Origin: Chara braunii
Lineage: Eukaryota; Plantae; Charophyceae
Assembly: GCA_003427395.1 (NCBI GenBank)
Contig: BFEA01000009.1
Coordinates: forward strand, 6,934,272-6,998,271
Reading direction: 5' to 3'
DNA length: 64,000 bases
Below, piece by piece: positions 1 to 13,728 of the stretch (position 1 is its first letter; every line of letters starts with the position of its first letter). The notes below the pieces were generated by a model. It saw only the letters and a program-made list of their open reading frames with translations. It was not told the DNA's origin and ran no database searches. The translations under genes were made by a program, and so were the position numbers.

Positions 1-140
1 AGTGGTCCCAGATGTGTCCCAGAGCTTGGTGCTGTGATGAGTGGTCCCAGATGTGTCCCAGAGCTTGGTGCTGTGATGAGTGGTCCCAGATGTGTTCCAT
101 GTGTTCCAAGCGAACTGCTGTGATGAGTGGTCCCAGATGT
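1..140. repeat. 39-bp minisatellite (AGTGGTCCCAGATGTGTCCCAGAGCTTGGTGCTGTGATG), about 3.5 units
   Basis: Direct tandem copies visible; the third unit is degenerate. Confidence 0.85.
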
Positions 141-1535
141 CTGCCAGGCAGAGGACACAGTTCTGAGCATGAGCCCTCTATTTTTCGAAGAGGGGATTTT
201 TCCTGAGACCCTCCTCTGTATGCCATGGCCTCCTGTTTTCTAAGTAGTGCGGCGGTACTCCATAAGTTTAGCGGTCTGGTCCAAAAGCAATCCCGGTGCC
301 TGAAGGAGGTACTTCATCGTCCATTTCCTTGCTTGGACCTTAGGAAAGATCCCCCGAGTTCCCCTACCTTGTTGCAACTAAATTTTCACCGCCTAGAGCA
401 GGCTGCTTCTGTTGACCTTTACTCAGTTTACTGTGCCTCCCACAATCCAGGGAAGAATCTACTTGCTTATCACCTTCTGCTCCTAAGACCCAGAGCAGTT
501 CTCCCCAGGATTGTCTGAGCCGGCTATTTCCCTGCTTCCCTGTAGGCTACTCCAGAGCAAGACAACCCCCCTGCTCTATAAGGATATGCACTCCCCACCA
601 CGGCGAAGTCCTGTGGAGCAGCACTTCCGGCAACCCCCCCCCCCTCCCCCCCCCTTCTTCCCTCTAAGCCCTTACTACCCTGCCACTCTGTAGACTAGTC
701 CAGAGTAGGACAAGCCGCATATCGGCTGTACTACCTAAGGATATTCACCCCCTGCCACAGTCAAAGCCACAGTCATCCTGTGGAGTAGCACTCGCAATTG
801 ATCTCCCCCCCTCAAGAGTAGGATAAGCCCCTTTGCCACAACCTAGTTATCCCCTCTTAAAGCACCAGTACACCGCTCATCGGCCCGCGGGTGTCAGCAC
901 GAAACCCGCACCACTTCGGACGGCGCCCCACTCCGCACGGCCCCTCCGAGTTTTGCTTGTGTTGACAAAAACTTTCTGCAGGGCTGGGGTCGTGTACTTG
1001 CGGTTTAAGGGGCAGTAGGATGATCCCCTTAATTCACTCCTGCCCCCGCTCAGCACAACTCTCAAACCCTGTTATCTTGCCCCACTCCCTGAGTAAAGAC
1101 GAACCCTCATGTGAGCGCTGGACTGGTGGATTTTCCCATGGGCATACCCAGATTCTGATGGAATACTGTACGCGATGCCGAAATGTTGGTGCGGCTTTCT
1201 CGAAGATAAGTAGCCAAACAGCAACTGAAACGGGATACTGAGCCATCTGACTGGAATCCTACTTTCTTGCAGTTTCGCACCCTTACCTCGGCGCTTAAAC
1301 CGCCCGTACTTGGCCCAAAGAGGTGGACCACTTAACGAGCACGTAAAAGTGAGGTGGGATGAAAGTGAAGCCCCATGAGGGACATTTCACCCGACCCCTC
1401 CCAGGCTACCGACGGCATAGTTTCACTTTAAGAAATAAACCCTGCGCAGGCAATCCCTTTGACCCAGGGCAATCAATGCTGGCAGGGCCCCAAGAGTTCC
1501 AAAAAATGATATCATACAAGAATCGATGTATTCAA

Positions 1536-1667
1536 GGGACGCTGCCCCGGTTTCCAGCAGGTGATGCTCCCCACCAATAGATGGAGAGGCCCACCAGGCA
1601 AAGCCTCAATTCCGGTCGTTCTCCTAGCACCACTGGGATAGAGGCCTTGCAAAAAAAAAAAAAAAAA
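1536..1667 (+). mobile_element. Structured retroposon 3' module, tail type A, with poly(A)
   Basis: GGGACGCTG..TTTCCAGC-AGGTGATGCTCCCCACCAATAGATGGAG, about 60 nt of tail, then A17; the same tail occurs at ~21545-21668(-), 29220-29333(-), 44650-44769(-) and 52741-52847(+). Confidence 0.75.
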
Positions 1668-1904
1668 GGATCAACTGTGACCCGGTGTACCCGCCCACAC
1701 TCTAGTCGGCCCGAATGCACGTGAGGGACAACTCACAGCACCGACCGGACTTCAACCAAGCACTACCGCAAGGGCATCCAACCGGTTTCAAGTGCTTGGT
1801 TTTTACACAAGAAGTCCGAAAACAACTCCAGGACCTGTACGGGCCCATACGTTTCCTAAAATCGTGGCGTGTATACGCCGTACTATACGGGCAGTGTCAG
1901 GCAC

Positions 1905-3050
1905 AACTTCAGCTCAGTGGTTAGAGCACCGGTTGGAAATGTGGATTGTGGTTCAATGTTGCGGGTTCAAAACTCCACAGCCTTGTGCATGGACACCGGC
2001 AGGGCGTTAGAATGACGCACGGCTAGACACACCCCCTGGGCTGACGCATGGTACTATTACGGACACTGCCTGCGCACCACCCAGGGGGTTAGTCCATGGG
2101 TGTTGTATGCTGGTCTGGACTTCACGTTGGTTGCTTGCTGTTGTTGGCTTTGGTTGCTCTGATGATCTCCCCCAGCCTATATATTTCACACACCATATCC
2201 ACTTCCTACTGTAGTGCATGTGGTAGAACCCACCAGTCTCATACTGGAGGTCACAGGTTCGAGTCCGGTTCCGGACGTTTGGGGGGTCTTGTCCAGATAG
2301 GCTTGTCTCTACCACATATTACACACACAGACACATGAGAGACACTCCCCCAGATACTGACTACAGGTACAACCACGATAGGCACATCAGAGGGACAAGG
2401 CTGGGGGCTAGTGGAAGGACGGATGATGGCCCACCACCTACTTAGTCTGTAGTCTGTCCTTTCCGATCCCTACAGGAAGTATCTAGCCAATGACCGGAAT
2501 CTGCTGATGGGTGGGAGACGGTCTACAACTGAGGATAGAACAAGTAGGGATGGGGGCCTTTGGGGGGGGAGGAGCCCCAGCTGATGACTGGGGTCTGGAG
2601 GAGGGCTGTCTATTCGTTGGCAACAGATTAAGGGTGTGCATTGTACATGGGACACTGGACCCCACTAATAGATGGAGCCTTCCCCTACGATACTAGCTGT
2701 GTCTGCTCATATCAGCACCCCTAGTAATCTGAAGGGAGTTAAAAAAAAGAAAAAAAAGAAAAAAAAGGGCGCATAGGGTCGCCCCTCCGCTGCGTCGAGG
2801 CAAGGTACCTCTAGGGGCCTATATATACTGCCCACACATGGCTCACACAGGCACTGGTAGAGGTGGTAGGAGCACCTCTCACTGGTATTCACTCAGCAGA
2901 TGCTCCATGGTGGGGAGCAGCGTCTGCTACGTGTCCACACACTTACGAAAACATACACGGCCTACGGGCACATACCTACAATACCGAACACACACACATA
3001 CATAACCATAGGGCTGGGAGGAGGTCACGACCAACTAATAATAGGCGTCT
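1905..3050 (+). mobile_element. Dispersed tRNA-derived SINE-like repeat, copy 1, interrupted by another insertion at ~2360-2820
   Basis: 1977-2355 and 2857-3050 match 15466-16155. A/B-box-like motifs at 1911-1975 (AGCTCAGTGGTTAGAGC..GGGTTCAAAACTCC) and 2212-2270 (TAGTGCATGTGG..CCAGT-CTCAT-ACTGG..GGTTCGAGTCC, tRNA-Met-like). Confidence 0.6.
2649..2766 (+). mobile_element. Structured 3' module, internally deleted, with poly(A)
   Basis: GGGACACTGGACCCCACTAATAGATGGAGC, then the CTGCTCATATCAG loop hairpin, then an A tract. Confidence 0.6.
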
Positions 3051-4409
3051 TGATAAGATAGGGCGTGAGGTTTGACTAGAACGATTGTGAAACCTTCAGA
3101 TGTCCAGCACTCACCGACCCGACCAGAGCCCCCACATCACCCCCCAGATAGTGACAGAAGAGAGGGCTCCCCACCTCCCTCAAGAGATAAGTGACCCCCC
3201 CCCNNNNNNNNNNNNNNNNNNNNNNNNNNNNNNNNNNNNNNNNNNNNNNNNNNNNNNNNNNNNNNNNNNNNNNNNNNNNNNNNNNNNNNNNNNNNNNNNN
3301 NNNNNNNNNNNNNNNNNNNNNNNNNNNNNNNNNNNNNNNNNNNNNNNNNNNNNNNNNNNNNNNNNNNNNNNNNNNNNNNNNNNNNNNNNNNNNNNNNNNN
3401 NNNTTTTTTTTTAATCCAAAGCCCCAGGCCCCAGGGTGTTGTAGAGGCCAAGGACCAGACCCACTGTGATTGCTGGTAGTGGCAGCCAATGGTTGTCCTG
3501 ACAGGACAGGCCACCTACCCAACCCATCCCCACGTTAATACTCCCAGCTCACCCCCTGTCTGTTTGTGAGGGTACTAACATGCAAATGTAAAAAATTTAA
3601 AAATTGTGAGTGTAGTTATAAAAAAAAAAGCAGTAATAACTACTAATAAGGGCATACTGACATATGCGCACTGGGACTTTTTCAACTCATCTGTGACATG
3701 ATTGTGGTCAGGTGCATCCAGGCTTTTGACTGTAAGAGCTGTTAAAATACATCCAGAAAGTCCTCGTCTGAATCTGGCCTAAGAAGAGGCAAATGCGTTG
3801 ACTGTGCCACACTTTGAGCAGACTGCTGCATGCAGGGACACTAGGCGTATGGATGGCTGATGGCTCTGCGATTATGGCTGTCTTCCCCCTTGTTTATATA
3901 TTGACTTGCTCATGCAGGATATAAGTCTGCAGATGATGGAGCGGATACCCCAGTGTGGCTGGCGTTGACCCCTCCAAGTGATGCTCATGGAGAATTCTAT
4001 TATGAGAGACGGAAAAGAAGCTACTGATCTGCGGGGCGCAATTACGTGAATTTCGTTCACGTTTCCGGAAATGGGGGTTATGCATGTGCACCTGTCTCCC
4101 ATGTGAACCAATGGTCCAATGACAATCAAAGATTGTGAGGATGCCCCTCGTTGAAGTCGACAAACAGGACCATGACAGGGAAAAGAAAAGCTTGGTCACA
4201 TTTCCTGCCAGGAAACGGGAAAGATATTACTTCTGAACAACGAGACCATGGGGGACTTTGTAAGGCAATGTGATCTGCTGTTATGGGTTTGATTCTGTTG
4301 ATTTCCCCTGCCTCTCTCTTCCTCCGGTCATCCGTTGTCCTTCACCTCCCTCAACTACTACTATTCTCCTTTCTCGGCTCAAAGACAGTACTTCTGCCGT
4401 ATCTCCTCC

Positions 4410-4655
4410 TTCCTTCTTCTTCTTCTTCTTCTTCTTCTTCTTCTCCTCGTTGGGTAGTTAAAATTCTTTTTCTTCTTGTTCTTCTTCTCGTTGCTGGGTA
4501 GTTAAAGTTCTTTTTCTTCTTCTTCTTCTTCTTCTCGTTGTTGAGTAGTTAAAATTCTTTTTCTTCTTCTTCTTCTTCTCGTTGTTGGGTAGTTCTTTTT
4601 CTTCTTCTTCTTCTCGTTGTTGTGTAGTTAAGTTCTTTTTCTTCTTCTTCTTTTA
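4410..4655. repeat. CTT-rich compound minisatellite, ~40-50 bp unit
   Basis: Repeated CTCGTTG(T)TGGGTAGTTAAAATTCTTTTT(CTT)n. Confidence 0.8.
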
Positions 4656-6192
4656 AAAATACAAAATAAAAATAGGGAAAAAAAAAAAGAGCGAGCTGCT
4701 CAGCTAGGAGAGGTGAAAAGATCTTCTACTTCTGTCGTATGAGTCTTCTCCTGTCTTAGCAATGGCTGAAGTGAAACTGAGCGCGCTGCTCTGCCTGTCT
4801 TTTTCCTCAAATCTCCTTCCCCTTCCTCTTCCTCTCAAAATTTTCTTTCCTCGGCAGGAGGCTTTCACAAGTCTCAAAAAAATTGCGAGGGACCTTAATC
4901 GAGACCTTCGCATCAGGCATTTCGGGAGGCGTATGTTGCCACAAGTGGCACAAAAAAATTAATGTACAGAAGACCTTCCTGGTTGAGGATTATGCTGTGC
5001 CTTCAAATTGCCACTCTCTTTCCATCCATTCATCTTTATCTCCCTGAATGTGTTGTGTGTCTGTGCAGCGGGCCTCCATCTGCCCTGGCCTACAGCCGGG
5101 GCCTATTCGGCTATTTGCCAGTTTGGCCTGTGGGACCAGGCCGTGGCCTGACCCCACAGGCGGTGTACTATTCCAGTTCCGTCCACTCCTGCCCGATACC
5201 ACTGTCGGTACCAGGCCAGTCCAGTCCAGTCAGTCCGCTGGGGGTATACCCCAGCTGTTGTCTGTTTTTATCATTCTTCACTTTTGCACATCTTGGAGTA
5301 CGTGCGTGTTGACTCTGTGTCGGAGCTACGCTGTCCCTTCCAGCTCCATCTCTACCTCCTCCTTCGTCAACCCTTCTTCTCCATCCTGACGGACCGTCAT
5401 CCCGGCGGGCCCGGCACAGTCTGGCCTCGCTGAATCAGAGACTCAGCATGCATAACAGTTTAGGTGGCCTGTGCGGTGGAACCAGCCCACGACCCCTCTT
5501 GGATTGAATAGCAGCCAAGACCCCAGCAATGGAATCAGAGAGTGGCAGTCTAAAGACACTGCAGAGCCAGCGATGTTTGGTTGCGACAATTATTCAGGTT
5601 TCCTGCTAATTTCAGGTCTGTGTCGGCTTCTGTTGGAAGAAGGGGAGGATGCGAACACCGACATACTGCTGGCCAATAGAACCAAACAATGAAGGGGAAA
5701 ATTGCAAGCCAAGGGAAGATTTCGAGTGAAGGGAGAAAAGGTTCAGTGGTCTGGTCTTGAAAAAAAATTAAAAAAAAATGGTTGCAACTTGCAACTTGCC
5801 AGTGGTCTGGCCTTAAGTACAAAGGCTTTTCATTTCTGCGGCATCCTTTTCCATTCATGTTGTGTCTATCCGAAGATGGCAACCTTTTGGTCCTTTTCAT
5901 TTTTGCGGTGTCCTTTTCCATTCCTCGTATGCTTACGAGTTTTTTTCGTCATACATAGGTGGCGGCTCGTGCACTTAGTTCCTTTGTTTTTTTTTTTCCC
6001 TTAAAAAGAAAAACCAGTTTTGGTGTACTACGGTCTTCACCCGAATAGAGCGCCTGATCATTACAGTTGTATTTGGCACAACTTTTGGTCCAGATGCAGC
6101 GATAATGACCGGGCGTTCTATTCGGGTGAAGACGGTAGAGGGAGTGATACAAGCAACATTCCAGATTAGCCCTACAGCTGGTCACTCATAAG

Positions 6193-6239
6193 TCTATTGG
6201 TGGGGAGCCACACCTGTCGGAAAACGGGTCCAGCATCCC
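6193..6239 (-). mobile_element. Structured 3' module core
   Basis: Reverse complement GGGATGCTGGACCCGTTTTCCGACAGGTGTGGCTCCCCACCAATAG. Confidence 0.65.
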
Positions 6240-6962
6240 ATCATTCACACGGCGTCCATCCAGGTAGCAGTTGCGAAGCCTCTGCCGGCTTACTTACAGT
6301 CGCTAACTAAGGACCTCCGTGAGAGCTGTATGCGAGGAAACTTGCACATACGGTTCGGGAAAGGCTCTCTGATGCCTATCTATGTATGAAGGCATCAGTT
6401 ATGCTATTTCACTCAAAGATTTAGTAGGTTGGGCATAGAACATCAAGGATCAATACATCATAAGATGAGTCTGAGCACCAGGGCCATTACCCGGTTTCTG
6501 CTGGCAAGAGACAAAAGGAACAAAAGGAACTTGGGTGCCTCTTCACCCCGTGTCTGGGCACCAGGCCAGGACGTTTACGGTCGGCAACCGTAAACCACCA
6601 GTACATAGCACCGCTTGAAAAATAGAGTCGCAGCGCGTCAGCGGCCGCAACTTTCTGGAGTCAGGGAATGAGCACCCAGTCATTGTCCTTTTACAAAAAA
6701 TAAACAAATGAGAAAAGAGAAAAAAGGACACGACATTTTTCTATCAAAAAATAAATAACAAACGACTATTGTGGTAGTAGTTTTCAGAACGAGCGGGGAG
6801 GTGCATGTGTGTGTGTGTGTGTCTGCTTGTGTGTCAGGCCGCCTGGTGAAAACTTGCAAAATGAGAATGAATTGTCCACGGAACGCGCTAAGATTCGTTC
6901 CATTTTCCAAATTTTGAACCACGTGCGCAAGATAGTCAGTGGGATTAGGTGCAGCATACTCG

Positions 6963-6966
<4 letters not shown>

Positions 6967-7028
<62 letters not shown>

Positions 7029-7379
7029 CCAACCTTCCAAAATAAAAACACTCAGTCCTTTTTAAATGGCCATTTAATAAAAGTCCGGGTAAAACCCCAA
7101 AGAAACATTTCAATCCACAGGGGCTAAGCCCTTAGGTTGAGTAGCGAGAATGAATTTGAGTTGAGTCGGAAACCGGCCTGTTATCAAAAGATAACAGAAG
7201 ATAACAGAGTCCAAGGGGCTGGGCATAACTGTTTGATAATACCTGTTATCAAAAGATAACAGAAGAGGATCCTCGTAGGATCAGCTTGAAGCTAGTCAAG
7301 CCTTGTATCAATTTGAATAAGAGTGATCTGCAGCACAGCACAGACCAGTGCCCAAGCTATGCTTGAGTGATTATGAAAT

Positions 7380-7429
<50 letters not shown>

Positions 7430-7610
7430 NNNNNNNNNNNNNNNNNNNNNNNNNNNNNNNNNNNNNNNNNNNNNNNNNNNNNNNNNNNNNNNNNNNNNNN
7501 NNNNNNNNNNNNNNNNNNNNNNNNNNNNNNNNNNNNNNNNNNNNNNNNNNNNNNNNNNNNNNNNNNNNNNNNNNNNNNNNNNNNNNNNNNNCCTCTCTCT
7601 CTCTCTCTCC
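6967..7610. repeat. (CT)n microsatellites at 6967-7025 and 7384-7610, the second spanning a gap
   Basis: Directly visible. Confidence 0.9.
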
Positions 7611-7654
7611 CGCATGCTGAGTTGATTTTTTTTGTGCAACTCGTTTGTTTTTAA

Positions 7655-8246
7655 CATGGCTACGCCGGACCCGGACCCGGACATTTCCGGACATGGAACC
7701 GGACCCGTGTACGGTAGTTTCCGGACATTTCCGGACCTCCGGACATGGGGGGATCCGGACGGTCCGGATGTCTGGACAAGTCCGGAAGTGTCCGGACCAT
7801 TAAAAAAAATAAAAATAAACAAATCTGAAAAAAAAGTATGCTATGCAGACTAACAATGCAAACCACTTTTGCCTCAGAGTCATGTCAGAATTCCTAACCA
7901 AACTTGAGTTACAAGTCAAAAACTATAAAAAAGTTAAAAAAAAGACTTTAAAAACTAATAAGAGGTAATGAATTATTAATAATTAAAAAATTGGGGTTGT
8001 CTAATAAATTATTATAGAGAGAGAGCATGTCCGGACCCCCCAAAAAAGCATAAACGGGCCTGAAAACCCCCCAAAACAATTTTGGGGGCTTGGCCCCTCA
8101 ATGGGGAAGGGTCCTGGATCGTTTTTTTTTTTTTTTTTTTTTTCCTCGAATTTTGGCAGATCCGGACCTTCCAGACCGGACGTCTGGAGTCCGGACTGAA
8201 TCCAGACCGTCTGGACGGTGGTCCGGACGTCCGGATCGTAGCCATG
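7655..8246. mobile_element. Non-autonomous hAT-type element (MITE)
   Basis: TIR CATGGCTACG / CGTAGCCATG; perfect 8-bp TSD GTTTTTAA (7647-7654, 8247-8254); dense subterminal CCGGAC/GTCCGG repeats. Confidence 0.85.
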
Positions 8247-8449
8247 GTTTTTAATCTTGTTTGTCTTTTTTTTTTTTTTTTTTTTTTGGCAAGTCCCAAT
8301 AGTTGTAGGGTTGGCAAGGCTCGCGTTTCCAGTCAAGGGAGGTATGGGCCTGAAGTAGTGGAGGATACTGGTGGTTTAATCCCAAGCACCAAAGAAAGTG
8401 CCAAATGCAGCCTGAACATCGACAGGGTTGAACATATATCTACGTCTGA

Positions 8450-8950
8450 TAGCATCCGTCTAGCAATGCAATGAGTCACACTCTTCAATGTGCCACAAGA
8501 AACACACCCAGGAACACTCTCAACCGCACTTCTCACCGCATATTGTAATATGACGCAATGCACCTGAGTTCACACAACAGGGCGTGCACATCTTACACAA
8601 TGGCGCATCACAAGACACATGAAGACACGGCAACAAACAGACAATATACCTGACCTCCACACAAAAGCACATAATACCACATACACACTAAACACTCAGG
8701 AATACTCTCAACCACACTTCACACAGCACATTGCAATATAGCACGATGCACCTGAGTTCCACGCAACAGCACATATACATACACATTTTAGTATTTTACA
8801 GAATAGCGCAGCACAAGACACAACAACGCATGGCAACAAACAAACAGATGGTGAGTGAAAGTCGACAGCTTATAATTACAACAGTGGATCTGGTTCCTCG
8901 TAGGATGCTTTAACAAAAAGCACAACTGGCAGAGGCTGGGCCGCTAACCG
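8450..8950 (+). repeat. Unclassified CA-rich dispersed repeat, inverted copy at ~34630-35280
   Basis: Shared GCACCTGAGTTCCAC.., GTGAAAGTCGACAGC and CATGGCAA motifs in opposite orientation. Confidence 0.55.
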
Positions 8951-9018
8951 CCCAGCTCTCCCATGCATATAGTCTCTTCTTGTTCACACTGCTTTCATTG
9001 CTGACGTTGTACTCTACA

Positions 9019-9125
9019 GGGACGCTGGACCCGATTTCCACCAGGTTCTGCTCCCCACCAATAGATGGAGCCTCCCCGAGTTGTAGGGGTGCCTGCTCGT
9101 ATCAGCACCCCTAGCAGCTGCTCGG
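9019..9125 (+). mobile_element. Structured 3' module with third hairpin
   Basis: Full core at 9019-9071; hairpin AGTTGTAGGGGTGC-CTGCTCGTATCA-GCACCCCTAGCAGCT. Confidence 0.75.
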
Positions 9126-10135
9126 GCTGTTTTTTTTTCAAAAGGAGAAACAGAAAAGAAAAACCATTATGTTCGTCCATACCATTGCAGCTCAACAACT
9201 GAGGGACAGTGCGGGCGGAGAGGGATCGGGAAAGTTGGAGAGGGACGGCAGGGGCAGCGAGCCCATCAACTGTGACCATCTGACGGAAACATGGGAGTAG
9301 TTTGCCTCGTCCTGGTCTTCCACCTGCTCCCCTTTCCAGGCCTCCTCTGCTATCCGGCCCCTCTGTTCCCCACCCAGCCAGTCCAAGCGTGACTGTTTGG
9401 TAGATTTCTTGATTTCTGTTTTGTGTGTAATGTCGCAAGATGCAGGCATAACCGTTTGATAGATTTCTTTATTTCTGTTTTTGTGTGTAATGTCTCAAGA
9501 TGCCCTTTAACCTTCTCCCATGTTCAAACATGTTGTGTGAAATGGTGGTTGTAAATTCCGGACCGTCCAGTCTTGCGCCCTCCATCTCAAGTACTGCTGG
9601 CCGAACTCAACAGCAAGACAGCAGGCCATACCACTTCGATACGGTTGACCCCACAGCGTGCACAAGAAGGGAAGGGGGAACTGTATACAGAGGATAACCC
9701 TGGCTGGAGGGGTGCGGGTGGAGGACATTGGGGCCGCCCACAACTTTAGTTGTTGTAATGGAGAGGCGGTGCAATCCCCACCCCCCATCCTGCAAAGGAT
9801 ACCTGCCAGTCTCCTAGCCCCTTCTAGAGCCTGCAAACTGCCCAAGGCACCCGCCGTCACCGCCCACTAGTAGACTTGCTATCAGCGGAGGAGATGGACA
9901 GCGACAGTGAAGACTTGGAACAGGCCTCCTTACACTAGGTACAGGGAGTGCGCCGCTACTCCAGTCGGCACAAATAAAAGACCTGCCTGGCTTTAGTGGA
10001 GAAGTGAGGAAAAGGATGCAGGCATGGCCACATACAGTACATATATACAAATGGTCTGTGTGATCTATCACCCCCGTGCTGCCCCCTGAACCACATGTCC
10101 CTCCTCCAATAAGGTGGCCCCCTGAATGGTTGTGC

Positions 10136-13100
10136 AAGATGGGCCACAATGATCTGGACGTCAGAGCTCTTAATCTCAACGGGCCGGCACAAGCCCCCTC
10201 GGAAGGGATTGGGACCTGGCCGGACGCAGTATGCATACAAGAGACTCACCTCACTCACAATCCTGCAAACAAACAAGGCGGATCCAGACACGAAAAAGGC
10301 AGCAAAATACGGAGGGTACGGTGGCAAAAACCTTCTTCTGGAAGGCAAAGGCTAGAGCGAGACAGGGAATGGTACCATCACTAAGACACCCCTTGATCAC
10401 TCTCTCCCAAATGTCAACAATGTGTATTCCATAGCCAATTACATCGCACAACTTCACCAAGAATTGTGCGTCTCCGGCAGAACAGCTGGCTACGGCCCAC
10501 CACACGATGTTACAACACCTCCCAGCAATGCTGTCATCAACCCAACAAGAGCAGCTGCAAGCTCTACCATCCGCTGATGAGCCATTGGAGGCCTTACAGG
10601 GAGGACGAAAAGATCCCCAGTCTGGACTTCTTTCCAAGGGAATTAGGCACCGGCTTTGGGATACCTTCCAGGATAGTACCTTGGCCTATGTACATACTCC
10701 GGAGAGAGAAGGTACCTTTGGAGGATTGATTAGCCAAGGGGTCACCACTTTGTTGCATAAGACAGGTGTAACTACCGCTCTATAGCGCTCCGCCTCCCCT
10801 CCGCATTGCCTCCAAAACCCTTCCTAATTGCCTTCTCCCACACATGAACCGCCTGATCTACCAAGGATTACATTGGGTTCATCTGACAACGTAATATTCA
10901 AGACAACATCCTCTCAGCGAATGAAACTATCAAATCTGCACGGCAGCACGGAAAGGAAGTTGCGGTCCTGTTCATAGACTTTGAAAAATCATATGATCAT
11001 GTGGACTGGAGCTTCTTGGGCTGCTACCTGCACAAATGAACCTTGGGGACTCCTTTCAATCATGGTGTTCAAACTATGAAATCTGCACGGCAGCACTGGA
11101 AGGAAGCTGCGGTCCTGTTCATAGACTTTGACGAATCATATGATCATGTGGACTTCGTGGACTGCTACCTGCACAAAATGGGCTTTGGGGACTCCTTTCA
11201 ATCATGGTGTATACTATGCATAGTTCAGTGGTCTAAGTATCAAATCTGCAAGGCAGCATCGAAAGGAGGCTGCGGTGCTGTTCATAGACTTTGAAAAATC
11301 ATATGATCATGTGGACTGAGACTTCTTGGACTGCTACCTGCACAAAATGAACTTTGGGGACTCTTCTTTCAATCCTGGGTGTATACTATGCATAGGTCAG
11401 GGGCCACAAACTTGAACATGATGGTAAATGGGCAACTGTCCCCCATTATTACATTGTAGCGGACGACATGTTGTATTAAAAGAGCGGTGTACCTGCACAA
11501 AATGAACTTTGGGGACTTCTTTCAATCATGGGTGTATGCTATGCATAGGTCAGGGGCCACAAACTTGAACATGATGGTCAATGGGCAACCGTCCCTCATT
11601 TTTACGTTGTAGCAGACGACATGTATTAAAAGAGCGGTGTGGAGGTATATCGCCCAGCCAAGGAGAGTGGGAGGGTTGGGTATTCTAGACCTTGGAGATG
11701 AGATCACGGGGTTATCATATACCTCTTGTGAGCCAACAATGTCCCATGGCAACCGCTTGCATACATACGGCTCGTGTATCTCGCACCCCCCCCCCCCCCC
11801 ATCCGGACCACCCGGTGCACCCACTCAAATGGCTAACCAATCCAGCCTGGTTCGTGCCAAGTCCCCTGCGGCACAGGAGGGATGCATCAGTCCGAAACAC
11901 AGTCAAGTCCCCCCTCTGCACCACTATGTTATATCTATAGAGATGGATGGGGCTAACCAAGAACTAACCCTTCAGATGACAGGAGATTTGGTGGCAACCG
12001 TTGTGCGGAAACCCCCAGATCTGTGACTAGACTGGAGAGCCGTTCTCCCTAACAGCCAACTGCCACTGGCTCACATGGGTAAGAAACGACATCTTCGTCC
12101 TGGGTGATCTACGGGCCAGCCAGACGGGAACGTGGAGGACCGCCCAGCAGCGGCAGCCCAATATGAGGCACATTCGATAGAGCCAGGGCAAGCTACACCA
12201 CCTACAAGCAGCAATCCCGCCCCAATGGGGACGGGTCGATGCTTCGTCTTGAGTGTACACTACCTGTGGAGGATTTGACCCAGATCTGGGTGGTAAGGAC
12301 TGACAATACAGGCTACTTTGCCTACGAAATGGCCTCCTCGGTCTGTGCACTCCCATTCGACCTCGATGAGTGGGAATGGAGTGGCCATAACCCTGTCCCA
12401 GTCGGAGAAATTGTGGCAATATACAGTACGTGATGGGTACAATCAGGCGCACACCCTCAAATTGTCTACACCGATCATCCAGAACTGATGGAGAAGGGGG
12501 TCTCCTGTGCAAGACTCCAACCTGTGGCACATCCCATAGGCCACGTACGCACACATAATGCCCACATCCCACAGGGCCCTGCTATCGCAAATAATACACC
12601 GCTAATACACCGTTGTTTCCCAACCCCGGACTGGGTGACCTCACGGTCGTCTCTGGAGCAGGCAGGCGTCCTGTTCCGCATTTGCTCCCACTGTGGGAGC
12701 AATCCACAACGTCGTCAGGCTAACCTGGAGGCTGGAACATTGCCTGCTGACATGCCTGACGGCTGTACAAGAATGGCAATGGTGGGACTCATTGTGGCAT
12801 GCACTCACAGGCACCAAGTTCCATTGGAATGTCACCCTCACCCTCATCCTGCTGGGTCAGCGCAAAAGATTTCCTGCGCCCCGGTAGATTTTTGACCACA
12901 AAGGAGCGAAGCCGCTACCATTCCAAATAATACACCGCTGTCTCCCAACCCCGGACTGGGTGACCTCACGGTCGTCTCTGGAGCAGGCAGGCGTCCTGTT
13001 CCGCATTTGCTCCCACTGTGGGAGCAATCAACAACGTCGTCGGGCTAACCTGGAGACTGGACATTGCCTGTTGACATGCCTGACGGCTGTACAAGTATGG

Positions 13101-13513
13101 CAACGGTGGGACTCATTGTGGCATGCACGCACAGGCACCAAGTTCCATTGGGATGTCACCCTCACCCTCGTCCTGCTGGGTCAGCGCAAAAGATTTCCTG
13201 TGTCCCGGTGTTCCGGACACCCTTTCATTGTAACCTCTTCTAATACATGAGGTTGGCCGTTCTTATGGTCATATGGAGAATGAGGTGCTCTGCAGAACGC
13301 CAAGATGCTGCCCTTCGATTTCACCAGGCAAAAGAACAACTGGTAGCAGTGGTCCAGGCGTATATATTGAAAGCCAACAGGAAACTGGCAGATGAGGTGG
13401 CAGACATTCCAAACCGGGAGGCCAGACAACGGGCCATCTTGGCCTTTAGGGAGCGCTGGCTCGACCCCCACTGTAAGCCGGCAGAGATCCAAGATAACAG
13501 GAAACTATTGTGA
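10136..13513 (+). pseudogene. Decayed L1/Tx1-type LINE ORF2 (APE endonuclease, RT and C-terminal Cys/His remnants)
   Basis: DVRALNLNG..PDAVCIQETHL (endonuclease); FIDFEKSYDHVDW (RT); QPRRVGGLGILDL; CSHCGS..LEHCLLTC zinc knuckle; many stops, frameshifts and internal duplications. Confidence 0.85.
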
Positions 13514-13693
13514 AAAAACTGGACGGCAGCAGGAAAACTGGTGGACCTTCAGACCAGCTGAATGCTTTTTCACGCCACCGCCAGGTCAAACTGGGAGTGC
13601 AATAGCAGCCCGACACATCCAATTAGTAGCTCGTCGGCTCAACCGCCGAGTAGCGCTCCCCGGCTTTCCACTCTTCCCCTTCCCAGACCCCTC

Positions 13694-13728
<35 letters not shown>

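Noticed and set aside
1-140. CTGTGATGAG as a hammerhead core
   Set aside because: No GAAA partner or stems; it is a simple minisatellite
1560-1587. Pseudoknot resembles the fluoride riboswitch (GGYG-AU-G..CRCC..GAUG)
   Set aside because: There is no intervening P2 hairpin, the ligand-binding AU is not conserved across copies, and the context is retroposon tails
1536-1587. Module as an HDV-like, twister or pistol ribozyme
   Set aside because: I could not fit the nested double pseudoknot or the conserved catalytic residues by eye; a novel ribozyme is not excluded
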